Positions 13,612 to 31,486 of a stretch of DNA of 64,000 bases are shown in pieces. A program made the translations under genes and the position numbers. The stretch comes from the human T2T-CHM13v2.0 reference genome, Homo sapiens. Position 1 is the stretch's first letter. Every line of letters starts with the position of its first letter. The stretch lies in assembly GCF_009914755.1 (NCBI RefSeq), contig NC_060927.1; one strand, given 5' to 3'. Under the pieces are notes generated by a model, which saw only the letters and a list, made by a program, of their open reading frames with translations, was not told the origin of the DNA and ran no database searches.

Positions 13612-13790
13612 TTTCATTTAAGTATTTTTATTTCTTTAGAGATGGAGTCTCATCGTGTTGCCCAGGCTGGCTTGCAATGGTGCAATTATAGCCTACTGCA
13701 GCCTTCAATTCCTGAGCTCCAGCAGTTCTCCCACCTCAACCTCCCAAATAGCTGGAACTACAAGCTACAGGTGCACAACACGACGCCTGA
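13612..13790 (-). mobile_element. Free Alu monomer (FRAM/FAM-like)
   Basis: Single right-arm-type monomer; 12-bp TSD attgaatgacat at 13600-13611 and 13791-13802. Confidence 0.85.
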
Positions 13791-15944
13791 ATTGAATGAC
13801 ATGTTGATGGCTGCTAGTTTGGGGCAATTATGTATAAATGTGCTATAAACATTTTCTCACAGTTATTTGTGCAGGCATAACTTTTCAAGTAAATTAGTTA
13901 AATACGTTAGAGCAGGATTACTTGATTATATGCTAAGACTATGTTTAGCTTTATGAGAAACTGCCAAACTGTCTTCCAAAGAACTTGTGTCATTTGCATT
14001 CCCACCAGCAAGGAATGGGAGGTTTCTGTTCTTTGCACCTTCACCAGCAATCGATATTTATGTTGTTGGGATTTTAGGTATTATAATGTGTGTATAATGA
14101 TATCACTTTGATGTTTTAATTTGCAATTTCCTAATGAGAAATGACATTGGGTATTTTTTCATATGCTAACATACCATCTGAATATCTTCTGAGAGATGTC
14201 TGTTGAGATTTTGGCCCACTTTTCAATTAGTTTTCTTACTGTTGATTTTCTTTTAAGTTCCAGTTATATTTTGGATTTCTTTCCTAATGTTTAGAAGCTG
14301 TGACTATTTTGGATATAAGTCCTTTATCAAATGTGCTTTGCAATATTAACTTCCAATTTTAACTTGTCTTTCATATCGTATTTTCCCAGAGCAGAAGATT
14401 TCAATTTTTAAAAAGTCCATCTTAGTTTTTCACACATTGTGCTTTTGTTATTTTACTGTACTCAGGAGCAAATCCAAGGTCAACGCGGTTTTCTCTTCTG
14501 TTGTTTTCTAGAAGCTTATAATTTTGCATCGTACAATTTCTTCTATGATGCATTTTGAGTTAAGTTTTGTCAAAGTAAGGTCTATGTCTGGGCAGTCTGT
14601 CTCTGTTTTGCTTATTTTTCCAGGAACGTTTGTTAAAAACTACCCTTTGCTCCACTGAATTGCCTTTGTGCCTTTGTCAGAAATTAACTGTTTGTCTTAG
14701 TCTATTTCTGTGCTCTCTGATCTGTTGCATTAATTTATATGCCTAATCTGTCACCAATACTATGCTGCCTACATTACTGTACTTCAGAACAATAAGTCTT
14801 GAAATCTGAAAATGTGACATCTTCAGTTTTGTTTTTCTTTAATATTCCCTTGGCTATTCTAGCTCCTTTGATTTATATATATATTTATATGCATTTTTAG
14901 AAGAGTTTAACAATATCTATATAATAATTTGCTGGAATTTTGATTTCACTTGATTCAAATTGGGAAGAATTACAAAAATATTAAATATTTTAAGCCATGA
15001 ACACAGAATAACTTATTTATTTAAATCTTTGATTAATTTTATCAGAGTTATGAAGTTTTTCATTATAAACTCTGTACACATTTTGATAGATTTTTACTTT
15101 TTTTTGGTGCTATTGCAAATAGTATTGCCTTTTTAATTTTAAATTTAAATTTTTCATTGCTGGCATGTAGACAAAAAATTGACTTTTGCATATTGACCTT
15201 GTATCTCATATTACCTTGCTCTAGTTACCTATTCATTGCAGGAGTTTTCTAAATTTGTTTGTCTATAAATTATTCGGTCTTTTCTACACAATGAATCAAA
15301 AGTAGTTTTATTATGTTCCTTCCAATTTGCATATATTTTATTTATTTTTCTTATCTTATTGCACTAGCTAGGGGTTTCAATATGATGTCGGCTTGGAGTG
15401 ATGAGAGGGGACATCTTTGACTCTCAATAATAAGGTAAAAATTATCATCTCTTACCATTAAACAAAATATTAGCTGCCAGTTTTTTTCTAAATATTCCCC
15501 ATAAACTTCAGAAAACATCCTCCTATTCATATTTAATGAGAGTTTATATCTTGAATGGATGTTAGATTTTGTCATATGATTGCTTTACTTCAATTGATAC
15601 AATATAGTGAATTGCATTGATTGATTTTTAAACAATGATCTACTTTATTTGGAATAAATTATCAAATAAGTAAAGTTTATTTTTAAATAGAAAATAAAAC
15701 TAGTACTTTTCCACTAGTTCACCTGAATGCTTAAAAACTCTCTTGCTTTTTGTTTTAACAGAGTTTAATTCTCTCTTTTATTGTGATAATCTTAAATAAA
15801 GCCTGTCTTTCCTGTTTAATTTTATCCGGTGCAATTTTTCTTTGACAACACCAGGTGCTGCTCTATGATTTTTATTTTTGTCTCCTATATTTATTTTTTT
15901 ATTATGTACTTCGCAGACAGTCTTCAGCTATAATCCACTCTGAT

Positions 15945-16140
15945 TATATATGTCTGTATATCTATTATATTAATTAATATGACATATTATGTTAATATAT
16001 TATAGTACATATTAGAATATGTAATATACAATAGTATAGTGTGTATACTATGGTGTATATTATATAACATACTAATATTGATATGTTGCATATTATAGTA
16101 TATGCCATGCTATTATATATTACTTGTAATATATAATACT
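15945..16140. repeat. AT-rich low-complexity (TA/TATAG-like) tract
   Basis: Directly visible. Confidence 0.8.
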
Positions 16141-16144
16141 TTTT

Positions 16145-16842
<698 letters not shown>

Positions 16843-17333
16843 TCTAATCTAATTAGATTAGATATTCTAATTATTTAAGTATTATTAAATAATTAAATAT
16901 ATTTTTCTTTTTATTAAATACAAATCGATATTCTAATTATTTAAGTATTATAACCATTTCTTACTTTTCTCTTCCCACCATCTGACTCTCATATATCTGA
17001 CCCTCATGTCAGGTCATTTAGGACCAGACCTTCATGTCAAAGAGCTTGGTAGTCTGAATTATACAAATGAAATTCCTCTTGAAACACCAGAGATTAAAAA
17101 CATATTTGATGTTTGTGTCATTGTACATTTTTTTCACCAACATGGGAGTAATATCTCAGTACAAATCAGCATGAGAAACTAAGTTTGGGTGAAGAAAATA
17201 TGATTTATACAATTGGACAATATTAGGAGGGGTTCAAATTAGACGAGCATAAAAAATGTTCTCTTACCCACTCTCATTACAGGATTCCACAAGTTATTTT
17301 GAGAGATAATAAAAAGAACATATAATTTATTGC

Positions 17334-17540
17334 TACATATATGTGTGTGTGTGTGTGTATGCATATATATGTGTGTATATGTAGAGAGTGTGTGTGTATA
17401 CATATATATGTGTGCATATGTATACGTGAGTGTATATGTGTATGTATATGTGTGTATATGTATATGTGTGTGTATACGTGTATGTATGTATATGTATGCA
17501 TATACATACACGTATACATACACACACAAATATATATATT
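17334..17540. repeat. Compound (TG/TA/CA)n alternating purine-pyrimidine microsatellite
   Basis: Directly visible; source of five spurious ORFs. Confidence 0.95.
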
Positions 17541-17873
17541 TGTATTTAATTACTTTCAACAGTTTTTTAACTATATCCTTACCTAACACAATTCTTCCTG
17601 ATTGTGGTACTTAAAACATTTATGGAAGGTACCAATATTTTGGTAACTGCCTTGGGAAAATATGTTTATCAGTACCATTTACAGTGTTATTTTTAAATAT
17701 TTAATTTTTTGATGTCTGTTAAGCATTTGAAAAACATTGATTGTGATATAAATGGTAATTAATATTTTAAAGTAAACATAAACAAGTTTATGTCCTGAGG
17801 TGGGGGTATAATTTAGTGGATTCTGTTTGGACTATCTTAATAATCACAATCACTGTAAAGGTAGTCACTATGA

Positions 17874-18183
17874 GATCAGGCACAGTGGCTCACACTTTCA
17901 GAGGCTAAGCGCTTTCAGAGGCTGAGGTGGGAGAATCGCTTGAGCCTAGGAGTTTGAGACCAGTCTAGGCAACATAGAGAGACCCCTGTCTCTACAAAAA
18001 AAAAAAAAAAAAAATTAGCCAGGCATCGTGGCATGAGCCTGTGGTCCCGGTTACTCAAGGCAGGAAAATCACTTGAGCCTGAGAGGTCAAGGCCACAATG
18101 AGATGTGATTTTGCCACTGCACTCCAGCCTGGACAACAGAATGAGATGGTATCTCAAAATAAATAAATTAAATTTAATTTAAA
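17874..18183 (+). mobile_element. Alu (AluJ)
   Basis: cttgagcctaggagtttgagacc and gaggtcaaggccacaatgag AluJ diagnostics; degenerate TSD aaaggtagtcactatg/aaagataatcactatg. Confidence 0.93.
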
Positions 18184-18429
18184 AAAGATAATCACTATGT
18201 GTATATGGTTAAACCAGGCTATACTTTCAGATAAAAAGGCAAAGCACTCTTTCCTAATTTTTTTCATGGACATTTATTCTTTACTTTTTCATTAAATTTG
18301 TAGATGTTGAAATAATGGTCGAAGTGAATAAACGCTATTTAAAACTTTTGTTATGGTTTCCAGATAGCTTTACAGAAGAATGTAGCAATTTATACTCACA
18401 CAATGACTGAAAATGCCTTTATGTCTACA

Positions 18430-21400
18430 TTTTAATTTTATTGAGATATAATGGATGTATATAAACTGCATGTATTTCAAAATGTGTAAACACTTGTGAA
18501 TCCCTCAAAACATAAGCTATTAAACATATATATGTCCTTCTGAGAAGTTTTCTCATGTTTCTTTGAAATTCTCCCTTACTCTCCTCATTCTCAATCAACC
18601 ATTAGTCTGTTTAGATTAGGTTGCATTTTCCAGAATTTTATATAAAAACAATAAAAAACATGTAGTAGTTTTAGACTCACTTTTTCACACATGATAATTA
18701 TTTAGAGATTCACTGATATTTCATGTAACAATATGTGATTCAATGTTTTATTGCTTAGTAGTATTTCTTTTTTGTCAATATACTATACAACATGAGGATT
18801 CTTTCCAGTTTGGGGCTATTAAAATTAAAACTACTGTAAACATTTGTCCCAAAGTCTTTGTGTTGACATGTGTATTCATTTTCCATTGGTAAATTTGTAG
18901 AAATGGAATAAATGGCTATATGGTGAACATATCTTTAACTTTTTATGAAAGTGAAAAAAAGTGCTTTCCAAAGCACACAATCTTACTTTTCAACCAGCAA
19001 TGTAAAAGAGGTCCAGTTTCTCTACATCTTAACCTATAATTTATATTTTTATATGTATTTGTATATATATATATATATAATGTGTGTGTGTGCATATATA
19101 TATATGTTTGTGTGTATATATAAATTTTAGCCATTCTTGAGAGTATGTAGCAGTCTATTATAATTTTAATTTGTATTCTCCTAGTGATTAAAGATGTTCA
19201 ACATTCTTTTCACATGCTTATTTGCCATCTGTATATATCCTTTGGTAAAATGTCTGCTAAAATAGTTTTTCTATTTTAAAATTTGCATGGTTTGACTTCT
19301 GTTGACATCAATTGTAAGAAATTTTATGTATTATAAATATCAGTCCACTGTCAAATATATGCTTTGAAAATATTTTTAATTTAAAGAATCTAATTTAGTG
19401 CTTTTTTCTACTATACTTGATACATTTTGTGCTGTATTTAAGAAATTTTGCAAAAACCATTATTAATAACATTTTTCACTATTATTTTTAATACTTGCTA
19501 GAGATTTAGTACTTGTATTTAGATTTGTGATACATTTTGAGCTAATTTTTGCATGTGATATTATTTAAGGGCCAAGGTGCTTACTCAGTGTTTATTCTTT
19601 TCAGCATTCTTTAGTGAAAAGATTCTTTTGTAAATGAATTGTTTTGTCATATTTGTGGAAAATTGATCATATAGGTTATGGGTCAGTTTAAGGACTCTGT
19701 ATTTTGTTTACAGAATAAAATACCAAGTATTTAATATGTTTACTATTATGCTAATAGCTTTCTGTCTTCATTACTATAAGCTTTAAAATAAGACTTAACA
19801 TTAGGTAGTGTAAGTCCTCTTATTTTTCTCTATTTCAATGTTATTTTGACTATATTAGACTCTTTGCATTTTTGTATAATTTTAGAATCCCCTTGTTAAT
19901 CTCTACTAAGAGCCTGCTGGAATATTGGTTGAAGTTTTCTTGAATAAATAGACAACTTATTGAAATTATAGACATCTTAATAATAAAGAGGTTTCCCATC
20001 TATCAATATGGGTCTTTTAAATTTTTTATCAGCAGTAATTCTATTTTCCAAGATGTATGTCTTCCATATGCTTATCCAAATTTATTCCTATATATGTCAC
20101 ATTTTGTATATTGTAGAATATTCCTAAGCATAGAAGAAATACCAGTCTTTCACCATTTATGGTGATGTAAATGCCAAGACTTTTTTGTGTGATTTTCATA
20201 AGGATGAGTGTGTTGTTTATTCATTGTTCATTTGAGGGTTTTTGCCATGTATGACTGTTGAATATTATCAAGTGTACTTTCAGCCTTTATTGAGATAATT
20301 TTTAAAACTTTTTTTACTCTGTTTATTTGATAAATTATATGGATTAACAAATGTTAAACCAGCCTTACTGAAATGAAACATGATTTATCATGATGTATTG
20401 TTACACTTTGTATGTATTGCTGAATTCAGTTTGATATCTGGTTGAAGATATTTGCTTTTTTCATCATGAGGGTTGTTGGTATGTAGAGTTTGGTTTGATG
20501 TTTTCTTTTCCTTTTAATATCTTTTCTGGCAATGCTGACTTCATAAAATAGATTAGGAAGTGATTTATGCTCTTAATTTTCTTGGAGAAAGTTTGTTTCA
20601 TTTTGTATTATTTCTTCCTTAAATATTTCATAGAATTCACAACTGAAACAATATACGTAAGAATTTTCTTTGTGGGAAAGCTTTTAACCAGAAGTTCAAT
20701 GTGTTTGATAGACACAAGGCTATGCAAGTTGTTACAAAGTCTGCCTTAACACAGCTATTCCGGTTCTCAAGTTTTCTGAGTGAGCTTTGTTAATCTGTTC
20801 ACATTGTTTGCAAGAAATTTATTTATATTATCTGAGTTGTCAAATTAATTGATACAGTTTATTCATAATAATCCCTTATGATTCTTCTTATGTCTATATT
20901 ACTTATAAGATACGTAATACTGTCTTTCTTCCATTATAAATGTCTTCTTTATTTTATGAAATTAATCCACCTAAACTTTAATCAATTTCATTGCTACTAT
21001 TCAAAGAAGTTTTTTATTTCATTGATTTTTTTTCTCATTTTGATGTGCTACTTTCTAATATTTTTTTTCACTAGCTCTCTCCTTCTGCTTATTTGGATTT
21101 AAGTTGCTTTTCTTTTTCTAGTTTCTTCAGGTGAAAGCTTAGGTCATTGATTTAAGACCTTCCTTTCTTTCTAATAGAGGCATATTTTGCTATGAAATTT
21201 CTTATAAGCAATGTTTCAGATGTCTTACAGGGTTTGACAGGTCACCTTTTCATTTTCATTCAGTTCAGTTATTTCTAATTACTATTTATATAGCTTTACT
21301 AACCAATTATTATGTTAATATGTGTAATTTTTTTCAAATACTTGATGATTTTTTAGATTGCTATATTTACTCATTTTTACTTTCTTTGAATTGTGTCAGA

Positions 21401-22185
21401 GAATATCTTACATGTATTCAAATCCTTGAAATGTATTGATAGGTGTTTTACAGCCCAGAATATGGTCTATCTTGGTATATGCAATAAGTAAACTTAACAA
21501 TGTGTATTCTGTTAATTTTGGTTGAAATGTTCTATAATTATCAATCATGTTAAATTAATTGGCAGTATTATACAAGCCCCCTACATTCTGAATGATTTCT
21601 GTAATTAATTTTATTAATTATTGAGAGAGGTATGAGATTATATAAACATAATTTGATTTTGTCTGTTTCTGCTTGCATTTCTATAACATTTGTTTCTTGA
21701 TTTTGAAACTCTGTTATAAGATACATAAATATTTAGTATTTTTATATCATCTTGATGAATTGGCCCTTCTATTATTATGGACCAACTTTCTTTATCCCTG
21801 ATAAAGTTATTTCCTCTAAAGTCTAATTTGTTCTATATTAATATGCCACTTCCACTATCGCTTTCTATGGATTACTGTTAGCTTTGTGTATTTTCGTATT
21901 ATTTTTATGTAGATGCATTTCTATTTTCAATTTAATTTATTTAATAGTTTATGCAGCATGTGGTGAAATTTTTTTTTCAGTCTAATCTGTCTGCCTTTAG
22001 ATTATTTACATTTAATATAATTATTGATATAGGTGTGTTTACATCTCATACCTAGCCATTTGTTTTCTATATGTCCCAACTATTTACTCCCTTTTCCTGC
22101 ATTTGGCATTATTTTTATTAGCTGAGTATCTTTTTTACCATCTTTTATATCCTTTATCTGTCCATTAGCTACATCTGTTTTTAAA
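18430..22185 (-). mobile_element. L1ME-type element, 3' end and ORF2 relic
   Basis: tttattgagatataat...tttccagaattttatataaa (L1ME1-like 3' end), followed by colinear antisense ORF2. Confidence 0.8.
19056..19121. repeat. (TA)n/(TG)n compound microsatellite
   Basis: Directly visible. Confidence 0.9.
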
Positions 22186-22189
22186 GGCT

Positions 22190-25115
<2,926 letters not shown>

Positions 25116-25119
25116 GTCT

Positions 25120-26266
25120 CTCCAAACCTTTATTCTATTTTTGTTTTACATTTACTTTACATACGTCATAAATTCTAGAATACCGTTTTCATTTTTGTTT
25201 TTGATTATCTTTGAGGAGATTTAAAATAAAAAAATAGTACTTTTCATTTACTCACATATATGCCACTTCTGTTGCTATTGATTACTTTATATAGTTGTAG
25301 ATTTCCATCTGGTATATTTTGTATGCCTAAGAACCTTCTTTTGCTAGTTTTTTTTGGTAAAGATCCTTTGGAAATTAATTCTTTCAGCTTTTTTATATCT
25401 AAAAGAGCCTTCATTTCACCTACATTTTAAAAAGATACATACATCTTATATACACTGTAAGGTTATAGGTTGACAGTTTTTCTTCTGTTTTCTTTACTCA
25501 GCACTTAAAGATGTTGCTGTACTGTCTTTTGTTTGTATTGTTTCTCACAAGAAATTTGCTACCATTGTTTTCGTTATTCCTCTGTGGGTAATGTATCCTT
25601 TTTGTCTGGTTGCTTTTTAGATTTCTTTATTACTTGTTTTGAACAGTCTGATTATGACATACCCTCATTTTGTTTTCTTTATGTTTATTGACTTTTATGT
25701 TTCTTCGTATTCCTGAATATGTAGGTTGAGAGTTTTGATCAAATTTGAAAAAAATTGGTCTTTATTATTATTTTTAATATTTTTATCACCCTCCATTCTC
25801 TCCTCTCTTTCAGTAACTCTGTCTACATCTATAATAGTAGAAGTTTCCCCACATACACTGATGCTCTCTTTGCTTATTGGCAGTCTGCAGTTGTAGACTT
25901 GAGGAGAAACCCATGCAGATATATGCGGCTCTGATTTTGGCCACCCTCTCTTCTCTTACAGATTCCTCAGCTTTGATAGAACAGTCTGCCAATTCAAGCT
26001 ACTTTTGACTTCCTGAATACTCAACTCTGTCTTCTCAACTCAGAGTGAAGACATGTTCTGTTGAGTTTCTATATACTTGTATTGAGGCCTGTGCTCTCTC
26101 AAGTAGTTCGTTTACAGCTGATTCTTTTTTCTTGTATCAGGAATCACTGTTACGTGATAGTTATTTTCTCATGCCTAAGAACTATTATTTAATATAATTT
26201 GTCCATTTTTTAGTTGTCTGATGAGGGAGGTAAATCTGTTACTCTGTCCTGGCTAGAAACAGAAGA
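25120..26266 (-). mobile_element. 5' part of the L1ME-type element
   Basis: Antisense ORF1-like T-rich sequence ending gtaaatctgttactctgtcctggctagaaacagaag (L1ME 5' terminus motif). Confidence 0.65.
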
Positions 26267-27036
26267 ACTTAAGTCCTTATACCTCTAAGCCCACTATCTT
26301 TCTTTCTCTTTGTGTATGTATAAAACAATTATCAGTGTTAGAATATCCTTACTCCAGTATATTGTTGTCTTATAGTTTTTATTTTGCCAAATAAATCAGA
26401 TTTAATTCTGTAGATTTAACTTTTCTATAGTAAGTTCTAAAAAACTATATCTTAACAGATACATAATAGATAACTTATCTGCATTTTTCTTAATAATTAT
26501 CTCTCATATTATTTATACTAGTTGATGTTTATGTATGGTTTGAAATCCATAATATTTGCTGTAAAATTAATACTCTTCTTTCTGTTTTTACTTTGATCAT
26601 TGTTTTATTTGTTTACAAAGCCTGAGTCCCTTTCTTTCTAACCTGAATGAGTACTGAAAATGTCCACTTTCTCTTTTCTGGGTTAATTTGTTTTTGACAA
26701 ATTTAGTTAAATAGCTTTTTAAATTCAATTGGGAAGAAAAGTCACTGCTTCATAAGAGTTGGTGCTGAAATCAACTCATTTTTAATGCATTCTCTGTAAA
26801 GCCATTAAAACTCCCTTGGCAATACTAGCTAATTAAGCATTTGAGGATTAAACATTTTTATTCATATCATTACACATACTCTTTGATTTAAAAAAAACTC
26901 TCTGAAGAATTCTCACATCATATATTAAGTGAATTAAAGTATTTGTGAATACAGAAGGATATCCAGCTCTTAAAGAATAGAATTAAAAATTGCATTTGTT
27001 ATTTCACTACAAATTCCCTATTCTTTCCTATCCTTT

Positions 27037-27084
27037 TCTATCTATCTATCATCTATCTATCTATCTATTCTCTCTCTGTCTCTC
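27037..27084. repeat. (TCTA)n plus (TC)n microsatellite
   Basis: Directly visible. Confidence 0.9.
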
Positions 27085-28169
27085 TAATAGAGATGATTTA
27101 TTTCTCTATCTACTTGCCACCTTTTATTATCTTTTAAATATTCTTAATTAACTAAACATTTTGTAGTACTAGTAGAGTATTAACTAATATGTGCTCTGAT
27201 TAATGTTACCATAAAGAATAGTTATCAAAGACATTTCTTTTTATAGCACTTTCTTAAGTATCTTGATAGTGAATGACCAAAGAAGAAACAGATTGTAACA
27301 TCTGTCTCTGTTATAACAATGATCTTGCTCATGTATTTCTCCACTTCCTAACAGCCTGTCATTGCATGAATTTAAAATACTATTTATGTTACATTTTTGT
27401 AATGAGTGCCAACAGTCTTCTGTATTTTGCATTTTAAGATCTCTCAAAATGCTTTATTATCCATCTATATACCCCCCAAAAAAGTTTCAAGTGAGAATCA
27501 TGAATAAATGTGTCTTGGCAGTTTGTGGAGTGGGTCTTTGGGTATGAAAGGAATTATGTAATGCCATATGGTTCTTTTTCTATAGTGCTATTGCCCTCTC
27601 ATTTTCACCTGCCAACTTGTTCTTCACTTTGCTATCAAATTAATCTCTAGTTGTTCATTGTTTAGTGCCAGCTATAAAGTTTGCATTTGCCTTGCAAATA
27701 TATAGTCACAGGTAGTGTGGCAATAGCAAAAATAAATATGCATTCATTATGGAGGTTAGCAATATTAATACTGCTGCTAATGATAATGTAGGTAAAAACA
27801 AACATTCACCTGGAAAGTAAACATAGAGTGTATTCTCAATATATTTGATATCCTTTAGATAAATTTAATTCATTTAATGTAGCTTCCCAAATAAAGTGTC
27901 ATTAATTACATAAATTATTTTAAATAAAATATTGTACATTTATGTGAATAACTTGCTATATGCTATGAAGTAGAAAATAAAAACAGCTAACCCAATATAT
28001 TGGACAAAAAAGGTGCTTTAATATGTGTCCTGATAAAAATTCACACTAGTCTAATTTCTTTTTCTAATTCAAAGTTTAAAATTTTGTATCATTATTTTTG
28101 TAGATGATATTATCTGCTTAAAAAAGACATTATCAGAATAAAGCTTTCCAAAGATGTGTCTCTTTCTGC

Positions 28170-28204
28170 TGTTTTTGTTGTTGTTGTTGTTGTTTGTTTG
28201 TTTG
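28170..28204. repeat. (GTT)n/(GTTT)n
   Basis: Directly visible. Confidence 0.85.
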
Positions 28205-28391
28205 ACTGATTAGCAATGGGGTAATCAGCAAGAGTAGTATCAACAGACTAAGACTTCAGAATTGAGATTATTGCCAGCAACCAACATATATCAATAAGTC
28301 AAAGTTTTTAATGCTTTACTTACCTTATAAGGAGAAAGAGAGGTTATATTAAAAATATTCTCCTCTAAAGAACAAAGTATTCAGACTAACT

Positions 28392-28568
28392 TTATCAGTT
28401 TACTAGAGTTGCTGTAATTAAACACCCCAAGGTGGGTAGCTTAAAAATCGGAAATTCATTGTCTCATAATTCTGGAGGCTAGAGGTTCAAAATCGAGGTG
28501 TCAGTATGATTGGTTCAGTCTGAGGACTGTGGAAGAGAATCTGTTCCATTCCTCTTGTCTACTTTCTG
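28392..28568 (-). mobile_element. MLT1 (MLT1B/C-like) LTR fragment
   Basis: ggtagcttaaaa...attgtctcataattctggaggctagaggttcaaaatcgaggtgtcag...agaatctgttcca. Confidence 0.8.
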
Positions 28569-30384
28569 CATTAATGAAACAATATTCTGATGTTTATTCA
28601 CCTCACAAAGAGGGTCTTCCTTGAAAATACTGAATTGACAATACAAAATAAGCACTCTATTCTCTTTTCCCCTTAATTCTTAAGTTTTTTTTCTTTCTTA
28701 ATGGGCATTCCTTTAAAAATTCAGTCTTATGTGTGTGTTTTGTATAATCATTAATGAAAGCCCTATTATCTTGCACATTTGTAAAATCCACTTATAAAAT
28801 TTAAAAAGTAACTTCATATCCATGGTGATTCCAAAGAGTTCCCACTTGAAAGTTATAGCAGAAAACTGCTCAATTTATCATCTTTCTGCAGATATATTGT
28901 CTTAAATATTAAAAATAATTTAATGCCAATTTTTATACCTATTTTTAAAAGACAAATACCAATAAAATAATTATTAATATATTTTTGAATATTTGATAAC
29001 TATGAAATAGTTTTGTGAAGTCATAATATATCATCACTTTCCAGAGATTAAACTAATAGTGTGTAGTAAAAATACTTACTATTAACTAATAAACAGAATA
29101 GAGAAACAGACACATCACTTAACAGCAAGTGAATTTTCTAATTTACTGTGCATTAAAATAAACTTGAAAAGCATTCTACTGAGATAAATAATGAATTTTA
29201 ATGTTTATTTATACCACTGAATTTTATGGTTTTATAATCACATACAAGTTCCTTAAAATACTGTAAGCAATTTAGCAAATGGTAACTTTAGTATTATGAC
29301 TTTTACTTTTGTCAAGTAGAAATTTCAGCTTTTTTCTATTCTAAAAAATATAATTTCTTTTTGTAGAAATATGTTACATTTTCATCTTTGTCTTTAAATG
29401 TGCCTTACATTTTTGTTCTAATCAACATTTTTATATTTAACAAAAGAAGTGCACAAGTAAAAACTCATACAAAATATATGTAGTGTAACTAACAAATGCT
29501 TGTCAAGAAAACATATTTTGTTTTATGTTCTATTCAGTTAGTTCTCCCCTTGTTGTGTTTAAAAACATCCAGGATAAATCCAGTATAGAGCTAGTTTAGC
29601 ATAAAATTATTCTCACCCTTTTGTTTTCCTACTTAATGTTTCATTGCAAATTCCATATCAAGTAATTGTATTGGAGGATTCACCATTCCCTGACCACACC
29701 TTGCCTTTGTAAGTGTTCGAGCCTTTTCAAAAACTTCCTCTTAACAGGCATACCCTTTTTATATTCCAAAATTATTTTTTACATCTATATCAAAAGTGAC
29801 CTGTTTCTTACCACATTCACTAGAAATAGAATTGAACCAGGATTGAGTATCTCTAATTTACTCTGGAATATTTACTGTTAGAAAAATGTGAATGCAGCTT
29901 TCACATTTACAAAAAAAAAAAAGAATTTAATATTTGCACATCTATGATTAAAGTATTTGAGGGCTTCTTTTTGGATAATTTGTTGACTTATCCCCTCAAC
30001 CTATACGTCAAAACACAGAGAAATGCAAGGCTTGTTCCTCTACACTCTTTTCCAATGATAAGTAATTTGTTTATTTGTAATGTTACTAAAATGAATGTAT
30101 ATGAAAGTAAGTAAGTAATCTCAGTTTGAAAATACATTTAGCTTTAGTTCCTAAATATGCCTGATTTATTGAACTAAGCAATTAATATAGTATCAAGTCT
30201 TTAGCATAGGACGTGTTATAATAACATTTCCATTATTTATTGTTTGCCTTAAGCTTTGATTTTTTTATCTGTGTTTTCATTGTTGTTGTTCAGTTTATGC
30301 ACTTGAAAGTTATCTGAGCATCTTGCTATCTCCCAGTTACTTTTTTCAAAGCTTCTGATACACTTATTTCAAAATTATTCTATA

Positions 30385-30800
30385 ATCATAAATCTACATT
30401 TTAGTGGGGTGAACAGATAATCGTTAAATCGTTAAACACAATGAATAAATGGTACAATATGTAAGGGGAAGACAAGCGCTATGAAAAAGATAGCATGGCA
30501 AAGTGACTTGAATATGTGGGCATAAAATAGGTCATAATTTAAAATATAAAGCTTTAAGAAAGTTTACATTGAGAAGTGACTAAGCAGAAGTGGCTACGCC
30601 GTGGCTGTCTCAGGAAATAGTCTTCTAGACAGAGAGTAGAACTAGTAAAATGTTCTGAGGCAAAGTAAATGTCTCTCACATTCTAGAAAGAGAAAGGAGG
30701 CAGTAATGCTGGCAGTCAAGAATTGAGTAAGAGAGAGATTAGGCAGAGTAGTGGTAAATGCAGTTAAAGAAAATGAGGAAAGCCAGATAACATTGTGCCT
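30385..30800 (-). mobile_element. L2 relic
   Basis: tacattttagtggggtgaacagataa...aaggaggcagtaatgctgg...agccagataacattgtgcctt follows the antisense L2 layout. Confidence 0.65.
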
Positions 30801-30892
30801 TAAATAATGGCTTTCAATTTACATTACATTACATTGTCACATTACATCAAATAAAGTATATTTGTAGCTATAATGAAACAAATTAAATAGTA

Positions 30893-31484
30893 ATTTTTAT
30901 TGACACATAATAATTGCATATATTTATGGGACACAATAGGATGGTTTGATACTTACACTCATAATGTTCAAATAATCATAATTAGGATATCCATCAGCAT
31001 AACCATTTGTCATTTCTTTGTTGTTAGAACATTCAAAATCCTCTCTTCTAGCTATTTGAAATATACAATACATGATTGTTAGCATGAGTGTCCACCCTAC
31101 TGTTCAATAGAGTACCAGAACTTCCTCCTAACTGTAACATTGTACCAGTTAACCAGCATTTTCCCATCTCCCCTTCCCTTCTATTCTCCCTGGTTTCTGG
31201 TAATTGCTGTTCTACTCTCAACTCCTATAAGGTAATTTTTTTTAGATATCACATATGAATGAAATCATGCAGCATTTGTTATTCTGTGCCTGGTTTGTTT
31301 CTTAACATTATGCCCTCCAAGCTTGTTCATCTTATTGAAAATGACAGAATTTCATTCTTTTTCTATGGCTGAATAGTATCCCATTGAGTATATATACCAC
31401 ATTTTCTTTATACATCCATCTATTGATGGGCACTTAAGTTTATTCCATTCCTTGGCTATTGTAAATAGTGCTGCAATAAATATG
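30893..31484 (-). mobile_element. L1MA-type 3' end
   Basis: gaacattcaaaatcctctcttctagctatttgaaatatacaata (L1MA 3' UTR); ORF 31352..31576 contains [19 protein letters not shown]. Confidence 0.88.
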
Positions 31485-31486
31485 AT

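Noticed and set aside
17239-17614. Five overlapping ORFs (HTYI/VCVY repeats)
   Set aside because: Translations of a dinucleotide microsatellite.
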